A stretch of DNA of 64,000 nucleotides from Haliotis rufescens (Eukaryota): contig NW_025963857.1 of NCBI RefSeq assembly GCF_023055435.1, forward strand, positions 20,336,001-20,400,000. The letters are read 5' to 3'. The notes beneath the pieces were generated by a model. That model was not told where the DNA came from. It searched no databases and worked only from the letters and a program-made list of their open reading frames with translations. The position numbers and the translations under genes were made by a program. Positions 1 through 12,426 of the stretch are shown piece by piece (the stretch's first letter is position 1; each line of letters begins with the position of its first letter).

Positions 1-270
1 CAAATACATTCATTCATACACTCAAATTCATGAAGAAACTTTAAAAGTTGAACAATGATGAGGGTTTGATAAAGTATTAGTTTAAAGTGTGCTTATAATT
101 TATGTTCTGTACTAAAGGCAGTTCAATTATTGTTTGCAAAATGACGAGAATAAGGTTTGTGACATTCCTACAATTATCAGAATTCCACAAAAACTCATGC
201 TAAGTCTCAGTTTGAACGAGTGGCACCAACCAGCTGACTCCATACAGGTCGGAAGTGTCTGGTAGTTACA

Positions 271-541
271 GGGGGCACGGTTTCCCAGTCGTTTAAAGCG
301 CCGTAATTCGCTGTGCATAGTTGCGTCCCTTGGGCACACCAGAAACCTATGATCGTGGGCTCGAATCGCTGTTCGTCGATCATGTTTCTAGGTTCATCAG
401 CACCATGCCCATACTGGTTGGTTTTACCGAAGTGGTGAACGTCTGAGACCTGCATCACTTCGGGCTTTCTTACTACATTCGGCTGACAGGAAGTCATGAA
501 ACACTGTTCAAAGCGGCATTAAACCAATCTCACTCACTCAC
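271..541 (+). mobile_element. tRNA-related SINE, local family A (~270 bp)
   Basis: GGGGGC head, B-box-like gggctcgaatc, (ACTC)n tail; many similar copies in the window. Confidence 0.8.
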
Positions 542-587
542 CCAGACAGTTAAAATCATCTCTGTACAAGTCAGGGAGTCAGACCCT

Positions 588-1214
588 ATGAAGGTTTGTG
601 TTGTCTGACTCGTCTGAGTATCGTCTGTTAGGCTGAAAGCGTCAGGGAAATAAACGTTACTCTGTAAAGGTTTGTGTTGCCTGACTCGTCTGAGTATCGT
701 CTGTTAGGTTGAAAGCGTCAGGGAAATAAACGTTACTCTATGAAGGTTTGTGTTGCCTGACTCGTCTGAGTATCGTCTGTTAGGTTGAAAGCGTCAGGGA
801 AATATACGTTACTCTGTGAAGGTTTGTGTTGTCTGACTCGTCTGAGTATCGTCTGTTAGGTTGAAAGCGTCAGGGAAAAAAACGTTACTCTGTGAAGGTT
901 TGTGTTGCCTGACTCGTCTGAGTATCGTCTGTTAGGTTGAAAGCGTCAGGGAAATAAACGTTACTCTATGAAGGTTTGTGTTGCCTGACTCGTCTGAGTA
1001 TCGTCTGTTAGGTTGAAAGCGTCAGGGAAATATACGTTACTCTGTGAAGGTTTGTGTTGTCTGACTCGTCTGAGTATCGTCTGTTAGGTTGAAAGCGTCA
1101 GGGAAATATACGTTACTCTGTGAAGGTTTGTGTTGTCTGACTCGTCTGAGTATCGTCTGTTAGGTTGAAAGCGTCAGGGAAATAAACGTTACTCTGTGAA
1201 AGTTTGTGTTGCCT
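588..1214. repeat. 76-bp minisatellite, ~8 copies
   Basis: aaggtttgtg recurs at 591, 667, 743 ... 1199. Confidence 0.95.
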
Positions 1215-1472
1215 GTAGAATATTTACACATATAATGAGTAATCTTAACCTCTTGCACCAGTTCGATCAATGGGAATTATGTTATGAAGTTATACAGTTA
1301 TAAAAACATCATAGTCACAAATGTGACACAGCAGTATCAAGAAATACCAGGCAAAACATTTGTCTTAAATTAATAGTGTGTAAAAGAGAAGTATAAAAAC
1401 ATAATACACATGTTGTGTTCATTCGATTTTGTGTCAACCTTTGTCAACTTCAGTGTATGGTCTTCATCTCCT

Positions 1473-1802
1473 GACCGCCTCCGTGGTCTAGTGGTAGAGC
1501 GTCCGCCCGGAGAGCGGAAGGTCCGGGGTTCGATCCCCGACCGCGTCATACCAAAATACGTCAAAAGATGGTACTTGTTGTTACCCTGTCTGGCGCTCGG
1601 CATGAAAGGGCTCAAACAAGGACTGGTCGGCTCGGAGTCAGTATACTGTGTCTGAGTGGGGTATTCATGTTAAACTGCGGCATGATATCTCAGTTAGCGA
1701 GCACTTTAAATCGGCATCAGTCCGGACTAGTACAAGCAGCCACACACACACACACACGTACATGCACGTCGCTATATAAGTGCAATAATCTTGGACCTCA
1801 CC
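1473..1802 (+). mobile_element. tRNA-derived SINE, local family B, with target-site duplication
   Basis: A-box tggtctagtgg, B-box ggttcgatccc; TSD tcttcatctcct on both sides. Confidence 0.88.
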
Positions 1803-2129
1803 TCTTCATCTCCTGCGTGGTCAGCACTGCTCTCAGGGTAGTGACATACATCAACTAGATGGTGTAAGAACCTGAGTTGTTTCCACATCATCTGACCTCA
1901 AAGTCTGACCTGAAGACGCGTCATCACACTGTCCATATACTATGCCAAAAGAGTAGGGGATAATGGGTATCATCAAGACAGATCTTCTGATCTACATTGG
2001 ACTGGCAAATGGAAATAATATGGTCATATCTGCTGGGGAGTAGGCGATCAGATCTAATGGGTTCAAATGGTTGGTGTGATAAAATGGAGACGCACGAATT
2101 CGAAATTTGCATTTTGCAGCCAACGTCAC

Positions 2130-2640
2130 TAATATCGGGTAAAACCACCTTAGTTGGCCAGAAAATCGCGAATTCGTCAAGGCATGCTTCTGATGAGTCG
2201 ACCAATGTCAGCTTGACTCATGGTGTTCCACTCATCAGTGAGATCAACACCGACACAACTGGCACCACGAGTGGCTCAATGTTGTTGTCCTGATACTATT
2301 GACTGTGACTCTGCCATGGATAATACGGAGCGCAGTTAGAAAACAAAACTTTAGCCCAACGTCTATTATCTCAGTGCTGACACCACTGGCGCCTCAGCTT
2401 CCAATGACGTGCAGTAAGTTTTGGGATGACACGTGGACGTCCTGCACGCACGATTTCGCTTCATGTGGGCATGTACTGTTGCAACCGCTCCCTTATCTGA
2501 GTGGCAGTTTGCTACATATTTCTTAATGACATCGTTCTGACTTATCAGATTGAGAAACATGTAGCGTTTGGGCAACAATATTCTGACTTGTGCTTACCTG
2601 TAACATGCCTAGGACACGACAACGTCCAGAACGTTGATAA
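2130..2640 (-). pseudogene. Decayed, internally deleted Tc1-like transposase
   Basis: Reverse-strand translation AGRPRVIPKLTARHWKLRRQWCQH*..WAKVLFS and C-terminal EWNTMSQADIGRLIRSMP*RI..GGFTRY, both Tc1 motifs. Confidence 0.8.
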
Positions 2641-3651
2641 AGCTGCATGATCAATGCTATTGCTTCCTAAATGATTAAATGTGTTGAATAAAGTGTCTTC
2701 AAGCGGTTAGTTCCAAGTAAACATTATGCGTCTGCTCACAACCGAGTCTGAGTGACAGTGGTAAATCTGACATACCACCCCTTGCACGTGTTGTCCGAGG
2801 TCACGTGCGTTATGACTGTCACAATGTTGTTTTGGGGAGCTTTGTTTCTTCTGAAATGTTCTTGCCACATAAATCACGTACTTGTACTGCCAGACATAGG
2901 TGTATTTTTTCCTGAAGTTTCACCTCAAACAAAATATCCTCTACTTTATTTTACGTAGTATACAAGATATGTGCCCATATTAACGATTCTTATATTTTAC
3001 CTGCGGTTCAATTGATCATCTGCTGTTCTTACAAACCTTATCACTGACGATCGCCATTATGGTGAATTTGACCTGCTCCAGAAGTAAACCAAAATGTAAT
3101 CTATTTCAGATTGAGCATTGGGTGTCACGTACGCCTTTTTCGGTAAATATCCTTTTAGAAAACGACGACTTGGCATGTTGTGTTCGATCATATCTTTTAT
3201 ACGCATTGACTTTGGCCTATGTTGTTACACGTCAGGAAATGTCCCAAACATATATTGGTTTTATATCAAGTTTGAAAGCTCAATGTATACCCAAACATAC
3301 TTTTCGATTTTGTCAATATTGTTGTTAAAAATGATGGTGAAAACTGCGTGACATTCCTTACACTGATGTGTCCAATGATAACGGTTTACTCCATATTTAA
3401 TCGGTCTAAATCAAATTTATGTTTTTTTTATTTGTCAGAACATTTGAACATGGTAGGTTGGATGTGAGGATGGTTTCGGGTTCAAGTGCAATGATTGGGA
3501 GGGCTGGCTGTCAAGACTGAAGACGGACCAATGATAACTTGTCACATTATTACATCAAGGTTACGTATTCCATGTACTGTGATATGTTTAACATAATTTT
3601 GGGACAGTTTAGATAACGATCATTGGAGTTGTTATACACTTATAATCATTA

Positions 3652-3818
3652 GGGACGGTGGAGTAGCCTAGTGGTTAAATCGTTCGCTCGTCACGCCGAA
3701 AGGCCCGGGTTCGATTTCCCACATGGGTACAATGTGTGAAGCATATTTCTGGTGTCTCCCGCTGTGATATTGCTGGAATATTGCTAAAAGCGGCGTAAAA
3801 CCATACTCACTCACTCAC
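3652..3818 (+). mobile_element. tRNA(Asp-like)-derived SINE, local family C (~165 bp)
   Basis: ttcgctcGTCacgccgaa..gggttcgatt head, (ACTC)n tail, near-TSD tataat[c/a]atta. Confidence 0.88.
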
Positions 3819-4876
3819 TATAATAATTAATCCAGCAACGTTTTTGATATTCATTTAACTTTTTTGAAAAAATGCAATTAAAGAAGACATAAATTAGATT
3901 AATATTTAAAACCTAAAAGGAGATAATAAGAATCAAAAGGAAATATGATAACACATATAATATAATATAACACATATAATATAAGTACTTTTGTTAAGAA
4001 TGTACGGTTGCACACGATACAAGTGTGAAGAAAATATGAAAATACACGATATATGTACATGTATTAAGAAAGCAAGGTTGATCACCTTTATATTGTTATG
4101 AAAATTAATATGTCAAAAACATTAATGTCTTACATGTTCGTATCAAGAAATGTTCGGTTGCTACATGTGCGTTTTAGGAAAGGTAAGGTTACGTAATATG
4201 AATGTGAAAAGCACAATATTTTTACACAACACGTTCGTGTTAACAAAAGTTCGACTACGCAACAGCTACGTTTTAGGAAATGCAAATGTGTAAAGAAAAG
4301 TAAGATCGCTCACAATTGAAGTGTGGAAGGAAGCAGCACAAGGTGTATGTGTTCAGCGACTAAGGTAGCCAATTTTGAACATTAAGAGGAATGCAATACT
4401 TCTGACCATCCTTGTGGTTGCATTCAAGATCAGATGTGACATGTATTGAATAATTCACAAATCAACCTGGTAGAAATTAACTTTAGTTCCAAAACTTTCC
4501 AACCTACCTTTACCTGTAATACATCACAAGGAACAAATAAGGTCTCTAACTCGGCAACAGGATCTGCATAATCTAAGAAAAGGGTGAAGACATTTTGGTA
4601 TTTTGAACATGAGAAAATATTTTACTGTCAGGTTAATTTTCTTAGTAGATGTAGATAAGCATATGGTTAAAAACCACTCTTACAAGTAGGTCACAGACTT
4701 GCTTATGGGTCTTATGTACTTTATCATACTAAATATATATCAAAGGAAATTGGCTAGTTGCCAACCTTTGAGGCCAATACTACCCATAGTTTTTGAAAGA
4801 TGTGTGTTTTCTGGAGCGCACGTTGTAGAGGTGCACGTATAGTTACCCATGTTCTCGTTGAGGGATATCTTCACAT

Positions 4877-5320
4877 GTGAGGTGAGGTGAGGTGAGGTGA
4901 GGTGAGGTGAGGTGAAGTGAAATGGGNNNNNNNNNNNNNNNNNNNNNNNNNNNNNNNNNNNNNNNNNNNNNNNNNNNNNNNNNNNNNNNNNNNNNNNNNN
5001 NNNNNNNNNNNNNNNNNNNNNNNNNNNNNNNNNNNNNNNNNNNNNNNNNNNNNNNNNNNNNNNNNNNNNNNNNNNNNNNNNNNNNNCCTGACTGATGCCA
5101 GTTTCATATAGCTAGCCCACTGAGATACCCTGCAGCGCATGAATACCCCACTCAGACACAGTATACTGACTCAAAGCTGACCAGTCCTTGTTCTACACCC
5201 TCAATGTCGAGCACCAGACAGGGTAACAACAAGTTCCATATTTTAAGGTATTTTGGTATGACGCGGTATCGAACCACCGACTTTCATCCTTACGGCCAGA
5301 AGCTTTACCCACTAGACCAC
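4877..5320 (-). mobile_element. SINE family B copy spanning an N-gap, with (GTGAG)n tail
   Basis: Reverse complement of the 1473 element. Confidence 0.75.
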
Positions 5321-5404
5321 GAAAAAATGAAACAATGAAATGATAGTGAACGTATAATGTGATACATATATGTGACACTGTACAATTTATTTCGAGCCTG
5401 TAGA

Positions 5405-5960
5405 TTAATGACTAGTGTGGCCACCGTGTTGGGCGATACATGCAGGACACCTTGATGGCAACCCCTGGATTAACTTTCATATGGTTACCTTAAGTTTGGT
5501 TTTGTCCGCCATTGACGCCTGAAGAGCTGCCCTGAGCCGGGGTAGGTTGGTGGGAGCTGAATCTCTGGCGTACACTCTCTGCCAGAAAACACCCCATAGA
5601 TGCTCTATTGAGGACATTTCAGGGAACATAGCGGGTCAGTTCCATGACTGCATACCTCCTGGTTCGAGATAATCGGTGACGGCCTGGGCTCGATGTAGTC
5701 TGGCAATGTTATCTAGCAGTTCAGTTCCTAATTTCCGCCGATAAATCCAGCTGGGAAGTCCAGTGTAAAAACCAAATCAGTTCGCCTGAAATGTGTGATA
5801 CCGCTCCACACCATAACAACTACCGCTCCCATATTTATCATGGTTAAGCATTGTTGCCCTGGCATACCGCTCGCCGCTACATCGCCAACAAGTTTTCTGC
5901 CATCTGTGAATTGGAGCCAAACCCTTGATTCGTCTGTAAACACTGATGTTGCCGCCTATG
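5405..5960 (-). pseudogene. Decayed Tc1-type (DD34E) transposase fragment
   Basis: FTDESR, VMVWSGI, LDNIARLHRA..N*PAMFPEMSSIEHLW, CIAQHGGHT motifs with frameshifts and stops. Confidence 0.85.
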
Positions 5961-6460
5961 GTAAGCTGTTGGGTCACACCCTTCACAGGGCGCCTTGCTT
6001 TCAGACGGGCTGCACAATTTTTTTTAAAGGAGAGTTGTTGAAATTCGCCTTTTGAAATAGAGAGCAGATTTGAATCTATTGCGTAGTGAAATTAATGCAG
6101 TGAAACCCTCTATCGTATTCAATGTATCAATTCGCCATTTTGTCTGTTCATTTTTTGTGTCCATGTTTGACCATGCACAAACGAGCTTTGTCGCATAAAA
6201 ACCAACCGCTGCATGAAATTAAAAAAAACACATCACCAGCACCGTGACAACCGACCCGACGGTAAGCCCGACGGTGACGAGGACTCTATCAGATGGACCT
6301 GTTGTAGCTATAGTATGGAGCCTTGTTTTCGAACTAGTTGCCATGACAACGACCGTGATGTAACAATGCCATTGTTGGAAATTGGTTAGGTAAACATCTT
6401 ATCCAGATACTCGGTAACAACGTGCAGATCTGTACAAGCTTGAAAAGACGGATGTCAATT

Positions 6461-6739
6461 GAGATGAAACAGGGTTTAACTTATACAGCGACGTGCAGGC
6501 ACGTATGTGTGAGCAGCTGCTTGTATTAGATGTCGGTTTCATTGTACGAGATACCGTGTAGCAGTTTAAGATAAATACCACACTCAGACACAGTATGTCG
6601 ATTCAGAACCGATCATTCCTCGTTTTATCCCCTTAATGCTGAGCGCCAGGCAGGGTGACAACAAATACCATCTGTTGACATGTTTTGGTATTTCCGGACT
6701 CCGGACAGACGCTCTGTCCACTTGACCACGAAGGCGGTC
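6461..6739 (-). mobile_element. SINE family B copy
   Basis: Similar to the 1473 element on the reverse strand. Confidence 0.75.
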
Positions 6740-8833
6740 TTCAATAGACGGGACAAATCTCCTGGGACAACAGGAGGATTACTATTGCTATGAGAACCCA
6801 TGGTAGCGAGAGAGGGGAGCGTCGTTTGTACTGTCTGGCTGTCATGGATGGCAGTTCACGTTGAAGGACAAGTAAAGACGACATAGCAACTTTGTAGATA
6901 ATGATAATTTATGGTGTACTTAATCACAAATGCTTGACCAGAAGTAAATTTGAAAACGGAAATAGCATAAAACAGACGATAAACAACGACAGGCGAAATC
7001 GTCGCCCCAAACGATAAAAATCGCCACAGAGGGGATTCCCCTTACTGGGTTGAAACGAGTTCCCGGTGTTTGACGCGCTGCACAATCTCAACGATCGGGC
7101 CGGCACCCAGTCTGCCTAGTGGTTTTCTGAAGGTCTTCCTACTTGTCCAGCATCTATCGTTATTGGTACAAACTCACTAAGACAACAGGTGATTAAGGGA
7201 GGCATCTCACATATGGCACAAGTAATTGGTGACAATCTCACAAAATATTACGACACAAGTAATTAATGAAACTATATTCACATTCAACGTACAGCGTAAA
7301 AACTTTAAAAATATATATCAGTGAGTGGGTCAAGATAGTAATCATTTAGTACGTTTGAGCTATAAAAGGAATTTCAGACAAAAAAACAGCATTCCTCTGT
7401 GGAATATGCTCAGGTCGACTTACAGTTTATTTCCAAATAATTACATCTATTCACAATGGTGTTTCACTTTAGTTTGACTGTGCATCATGTTTATTTGAGA
7501 TATGAAGGAAAAGCGCATATATTGTGTATTCTTGGTTTGCAAATCGTTATCTATGTGTTGGAAGCATCCGCCGGTACAAGTGAGGTGAGGTGAAATGGGG
7601 TTTAACGTCGCGGCCAAGATTATTGCATTATATTGCACATATCTCACACCACCAAATGAAAGCCTTTGACACGCACCACATACCACGCCGGTATCTTTTG
7701 TTTATTTTAGAAGCCGATTAAGGAAAGTGTTATTTCAACATTTTCACTTAGACAATTAAATACTTTCTGAAAATGTTTTGAATGTTTTCTCCTCGGAAAT
7801 TTATTTAATATACAGAGGACAATTGATGTTTTTAAAAAAAATCGCAATATTTTTCGCTTCACTTGACCTCTAAAGCTGACCTGAACTCTCGTCTGTTGAC
7901 GGTGTGTGGCAAGAACCAACATAGAAATATGTCCCGGCAATGGCAGAAAAAGGAAATGTATCTGTTCAGAGGTAACTGAGAGAAGGTACTTCCGCATAGA
8001 TTCCAATGCTGGCGCGTTGAGAAATATGGACTTTGAACGCAATAGCGATGCTGCTGTTGCTCCTGTGGTCATACAGGAAGAATGCCTTCACTCACCACCC
8101 CGCACCACCACCAGGACCCCATCCACACCCCACACCTACCCATTATAGGTGTTTGTGTCCCGTCTGTGGGTAGATTGTCTCCACGGTCAGGTGTTTGTGC
8201 CTACATCGCAATGAAATTTAAGACTCACAAATCGTGTAGTATGAAAATATAAAGCAATGGGGAAGCATAGTTTGTAGAGTGTCATCCCGAAGGTCTGGGT
8301 TCTGTCCAACGAGATGACGATGTCTGAAGCCCATTTCTGTTATGCTCATACAATGAATACGCTCAAAACTTTATAGAAGAAGCTTTTTGTGCCTTCGTAA
8401 TATTCTCGGCATTATCACTGGTACCAGTCTGTGCCTGTTGTCAAGTATAGTTCTAGAAGCTAAACTAACCTTAAAGGAACAATTCACGTCGGTGGTGTGC
8501 GAAAGTAGTCGCGTTGACCGCCTGGCGTGTGAGCGTGGGTGGGCAGATAGGTTGTGATTATCTCTAAAGTCTAGTCATAGTTACATATTACAAGTATCAC
8601 TTTTTATATAAATAATGTCGACCAGCTGGCTTTGAGTATTTTATCTTACTTCTATTAGTTTACTATCACTCTGGATGACTCAGTGTGTGTAGTTCCTCAT
8701 GCGCACCTGTCAATAATATTTGCAGTTATTATTGAAATCATGCAATATGAATTGACGAAAGACGTAACAAGCTAGCTGAATACACACAGATAATGATGTA
8801 TGAGCATAAGAATGATGTTAGTGTTAACCGGTA

Positions 8834-8995
8834 TGAGTAAGTGAGTATGGTTTTACGCCGCTTTCAGCAATATTCCAGCAATATCACGGCGTGGGACACC
8901 GGGCATGGGCTACAAATGTACCCATGAGGGGAATCGAACCCGGGGCTTTGGCGTGACGAGCGAACGCTTCAACCACTAGGCTACCCCACCCACCC
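8834..8995 (-). mobile_element. SINE family C copy
   Basis: Full length, degenerate TSD gttaac(c/a)ggt. Confidence 0.85.
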
Positions 8996-9278
8996 GTTAA
9001 CAGGTTTGAAGACAATCACGGAAGTACGGGAACAGTCGCGGTTGTCATAGATCGTATAAATACTGTGTACATCCCGCATTTGCACTGGAAGACATCCCAT
9101 AGCCTAGCACATGTACATGTATTGGGAGAACTTTCGTGCGTGTGTGTTTTATTCATATTAAAAAAGAGTGATTTTTGTACATGTGCTGGTGATTAGGGGC
9201 CTCACTCTGGGAGTGCGGGTTCCAATCCCGGATGGGAGTCAACCCAAAAAAGTAATAGAATGTTTACTTAACTAAGAA

Positions 9279-9552
9279 GTGAGTAAGTTGGGTTTAATGC
9301 CGCTTTGAACAGTATTCCAGTTATATCAAGGCGTATCAGTTTATTGTGGGAGCAAAGCCCGATTTGATGAAGGTCTCAGACGTTTACCACTGGGTGAAAC
9401 CAACGAGTACGGGTATGGTGCTGACAAACCTAGAACCATAATCGGGGCGAAGAGAGATTAGAACCCACAATCATAGGTTTCTGGCGGGCCCAAAGGACCC
9501 AACTCTGCACAGCGAATTGCGGCGCCTTAAGCTACTGGGCCACCCATGCCCC
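9279..9552 (-). mobile_element. SINE family A copy
   Basis: Reverse complement of the 271 element; flanking aactaagaa on both sides. Confidence 0.8.
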
Positions 9553-11009
9553 ACTAAACTAAGAAAGTGTGTTATAAAGAGGTAATTCAAGGTTATTATT
9601 GCACTAAAGTTCATACGCGTCCTTACAAAATGGGAATACTATTTTAGCAATTAAAGGTATCGGGTGTTGTGTACAGATAATCAATGATTAAGATGTTTGA
9701 GTGTACGCAACTAACATATTATTACTCTAGATTCGAGCAAGAAGATGTGTCTCTTGACGTTAAACCGGCCATCACTATGCTTTCTAAGTTTGTTTGGAGG
9801 ACGCTTCCAAGTATGACGCATCAGTGACCAATATGGTGTCCCTAGCAATTCGCTGTTTTGACTTGGGCCATATGTCCCCGTGTTTGTTCGGGTGAACAAA
9901 CAACTGATTAGCCTTTGCCTTTGCCGGCAGGATAAGCCCATTTTTTAATAGTGATTATTTGATGCTATTGAGTCATGAACACATGGTCGTGATATAGTCG
10001 GAAACGTGGTATTCACTTTTCCTTTAGCAGGGAAGTCTTATGACTATGGAAATTTTGCGCTTTTATTTGAATTATTACACGAAAAAGGTAAAGCCTTCTT
10101 TAACACACATGTACAATGTATATTTTTACGTAATTTTACTGTACATTCTATCGGAAGGGAAAATATGCCCACCTAGCATTAGATGTGTTCTTGTGTCATG
10201 ACATTATTGTCTATTTTGTCATTCCACGATTGATGTTTTGTTTTTCCAATATTTGGTGTGAAAAATGTAGTGCGACGGATGATAGATATATGGACATATA
10301 GTACTAAAAGCTTTGTTTACAGTTACAGCGAATACATTGTATGTCGACAATCGTTAATTATATTATATGATGTTGTGTTATGTTATAGAAGAATATAAAA
10401 ATATATTATTGTGTTAATAAAATAATATATTTTTAATAATGAGCGTGTATATAAAGAAACATATGTTTGTTGAATATATTTTTAATTCTGCATGTCATGA
10501 GTGTGTGTGTAATAGAAAACACCTGTCCGTGTGGGCGAGTGATAATGGGTCACCCTGTCCACACTGTAACAGCTATGCATTCCTTGCCATTCTCGTTATG
10601 CGACGTTGCCTAGATTAATCATTACTATGTTCAAAGAAATAATTACGTTTTATTGAGACATTTTGTACGATGTATCCAAAATATGACAATGTTCCATTCC
10701 CATGACTCTCTGCAATGACCTCGCGATGACCTAGTTCTTTATGTTTTCCACGAAAAAATAGAAATCACTCATGTCCTGCAACGATGTAGTTGAACTGTTT
10801 TGTTTGGAAGTCAACTGCCATGGAGTCGACACGAGAGGTACACGTACGTTCTAGAATTCAAAACGTCAACACAAGAGAAACACCAGTCTCCATTATCTGC
10901 CGAAACAGTTCCATTGGGTGTAAAAACCAAAATATCAAAAAAATTATATGAAACAATATATTTATTACGAACATGTATTTAGAAAAGTAGCAATGTGTAG
11001 GTGGCATAT

Positions 11010-11657
11010 ATCGAGAAAGTCACTAATGCGTGGGTGACAAGTATAGAGAAAGTCACTAATGCGTGGGTGACAAGTATAGAGAAAGTCACTAATGCGTTGG
11101 TGACAAGTATCAGGACGACAATAATGCGTGGGTGACAAGTATAGAGAAAGTCACTAATGCGTTGGTGACAAGTATCAGGACGACAATAATGCGTGGGTGA
11201 CAAGTATAGAGAAAGGCAATAATGCGTGGGTGACAAGTAGCAGAACGGCAATAATGCGTGGGTGACAAGTATAGAGAAAGGCAATAATGCGTGGGTGACA
11301 AGTATCAGAACGGCAATAATGCGTGGGTGACAAGTATAGAGAAAGGCAATAATGCGTGGGTGACAAGTATCAGAACGGCAATAATGCGTGGGTGACAAGT
11401 ATATTGAAAGGCAATAATGCGTCGGTGACAAGTATCAGAACGGCAATAATGCGTGGGTGACAAGTATAGAGAAAGGCAATAATGCGTCGGTGACAAGTAT
11501 CAGAACGGCAATAATGCGTGGGTGACAAGTATAGTGAAAGGCAATAATGCGTCGGTGACAAGTATCAGAACGGCAATAATGCGTGGGTGACAAGTATAGT
11601 GAAAGGCAATAATGCATGGGTGACAGGTATCAGAACGGCAATAATGCATGTGTGACA
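11010..11657. repeat. 32/33-bp minisatellite with 65-bp dimer structure, ~20 monomers
   Basis: Core aatgcgtgggtgacaagtat alternating agagaaagg and cagaacgg. Confidence 0.95.
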
Positions 11658-12260
11658 TTTATGGAGAAAGGAAACATTACGCGGATGACATAAATCGAGA
11701 ATGGCAGTATCGATTATGTAAGAATTTTACATCTAGGAAATATGGTTGTGACAGTAAGTGCAGTTATTTCTCGATGCTCTCACACACGTACAGCAATTCT
11801 ACGCTTACCCCACTAATTCCATTACGGATAACTACATTGAGTTGAATCTTTCCACGGATGTAAACAAGAATACACAAACAGAAACAATTGTGTGAAAGTA
11901 AGCTTAAACAACAGCTTTAACTGGTTGTCTTTGAGATAGCGTGCCGAACTGTGACCCATGTGTGGGAGGTGATTTGATAACGTGCAGAGATAAAAAAAAA
12001 AAATTAGTGATAAAAAATACATATATTTTTTCATTAAGCATTCGTCTCCCTTTTCCATCATTACAAAAAAGGAAAAGCATTATATATTCTTTTGAAATGT
12101 GTGCATGTAAAATATCACACTACAACGTGTATTTTAAAGATATTTCAAATATCCAAATATCCACACAAACTTAATAAATAATTAATAGGTTCATTTAACT
12201 GATCATGAGTTATCTCCCTTGTGTTTCACTCAGTTAAGTAATCTTGGTAACAAACTGGAA

Positions 12261-12330
12261 CCGGAAAGTAACCCAGGTGTCACGTGACGTTTTCGTATAA
12301 TACCGCGAGAATTGCGGCGAGATGTCAGAG
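12261..12330 (+). promoter_or_regulatory. Putative core promoter of the giant gene
   Basis: CCGGAA ETS-like site at 12261, palindromic GTCACGTGAC E-box at 12279-12288, TATAA at 12296-12300, TCAG initiator-like site about 30 nt downstream, ATG at 12348. Confidence 0.45.
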
Positions 12331-12347
12331 TGCATCAGAAAGCCATC

Positions 12348-12426
12348 ATGAACAGGGGCCTTTGTATAGCCCTGACTCTCATTGTCGCCACCCAGGCGTC
12401 GACAGTAAGAAAAAAGGAAGATCAAG
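12348..12426 (+). CDS. Exon 1: signal peptide MNRGLCIALTLIVATQASTVRKKEDQ
   Basis: ATG in gccatcATG context, hydrophobic core, donor G|gtaagt, phase 1. Confidence 0.8.

Noticed and set aside
1473-3730. tRNA-like sequences (A/B boxes, GTC anticodon-like loop)
   Set aside because: They are heads of multi-copy SINEs with tails and TSDs, not intact tRNA genes.
7707-8148. ORFs of 80-121 aa in the upstream region
   Set aside because: No recognisable domain and no convincing splice-phase partners; cannot be supported.
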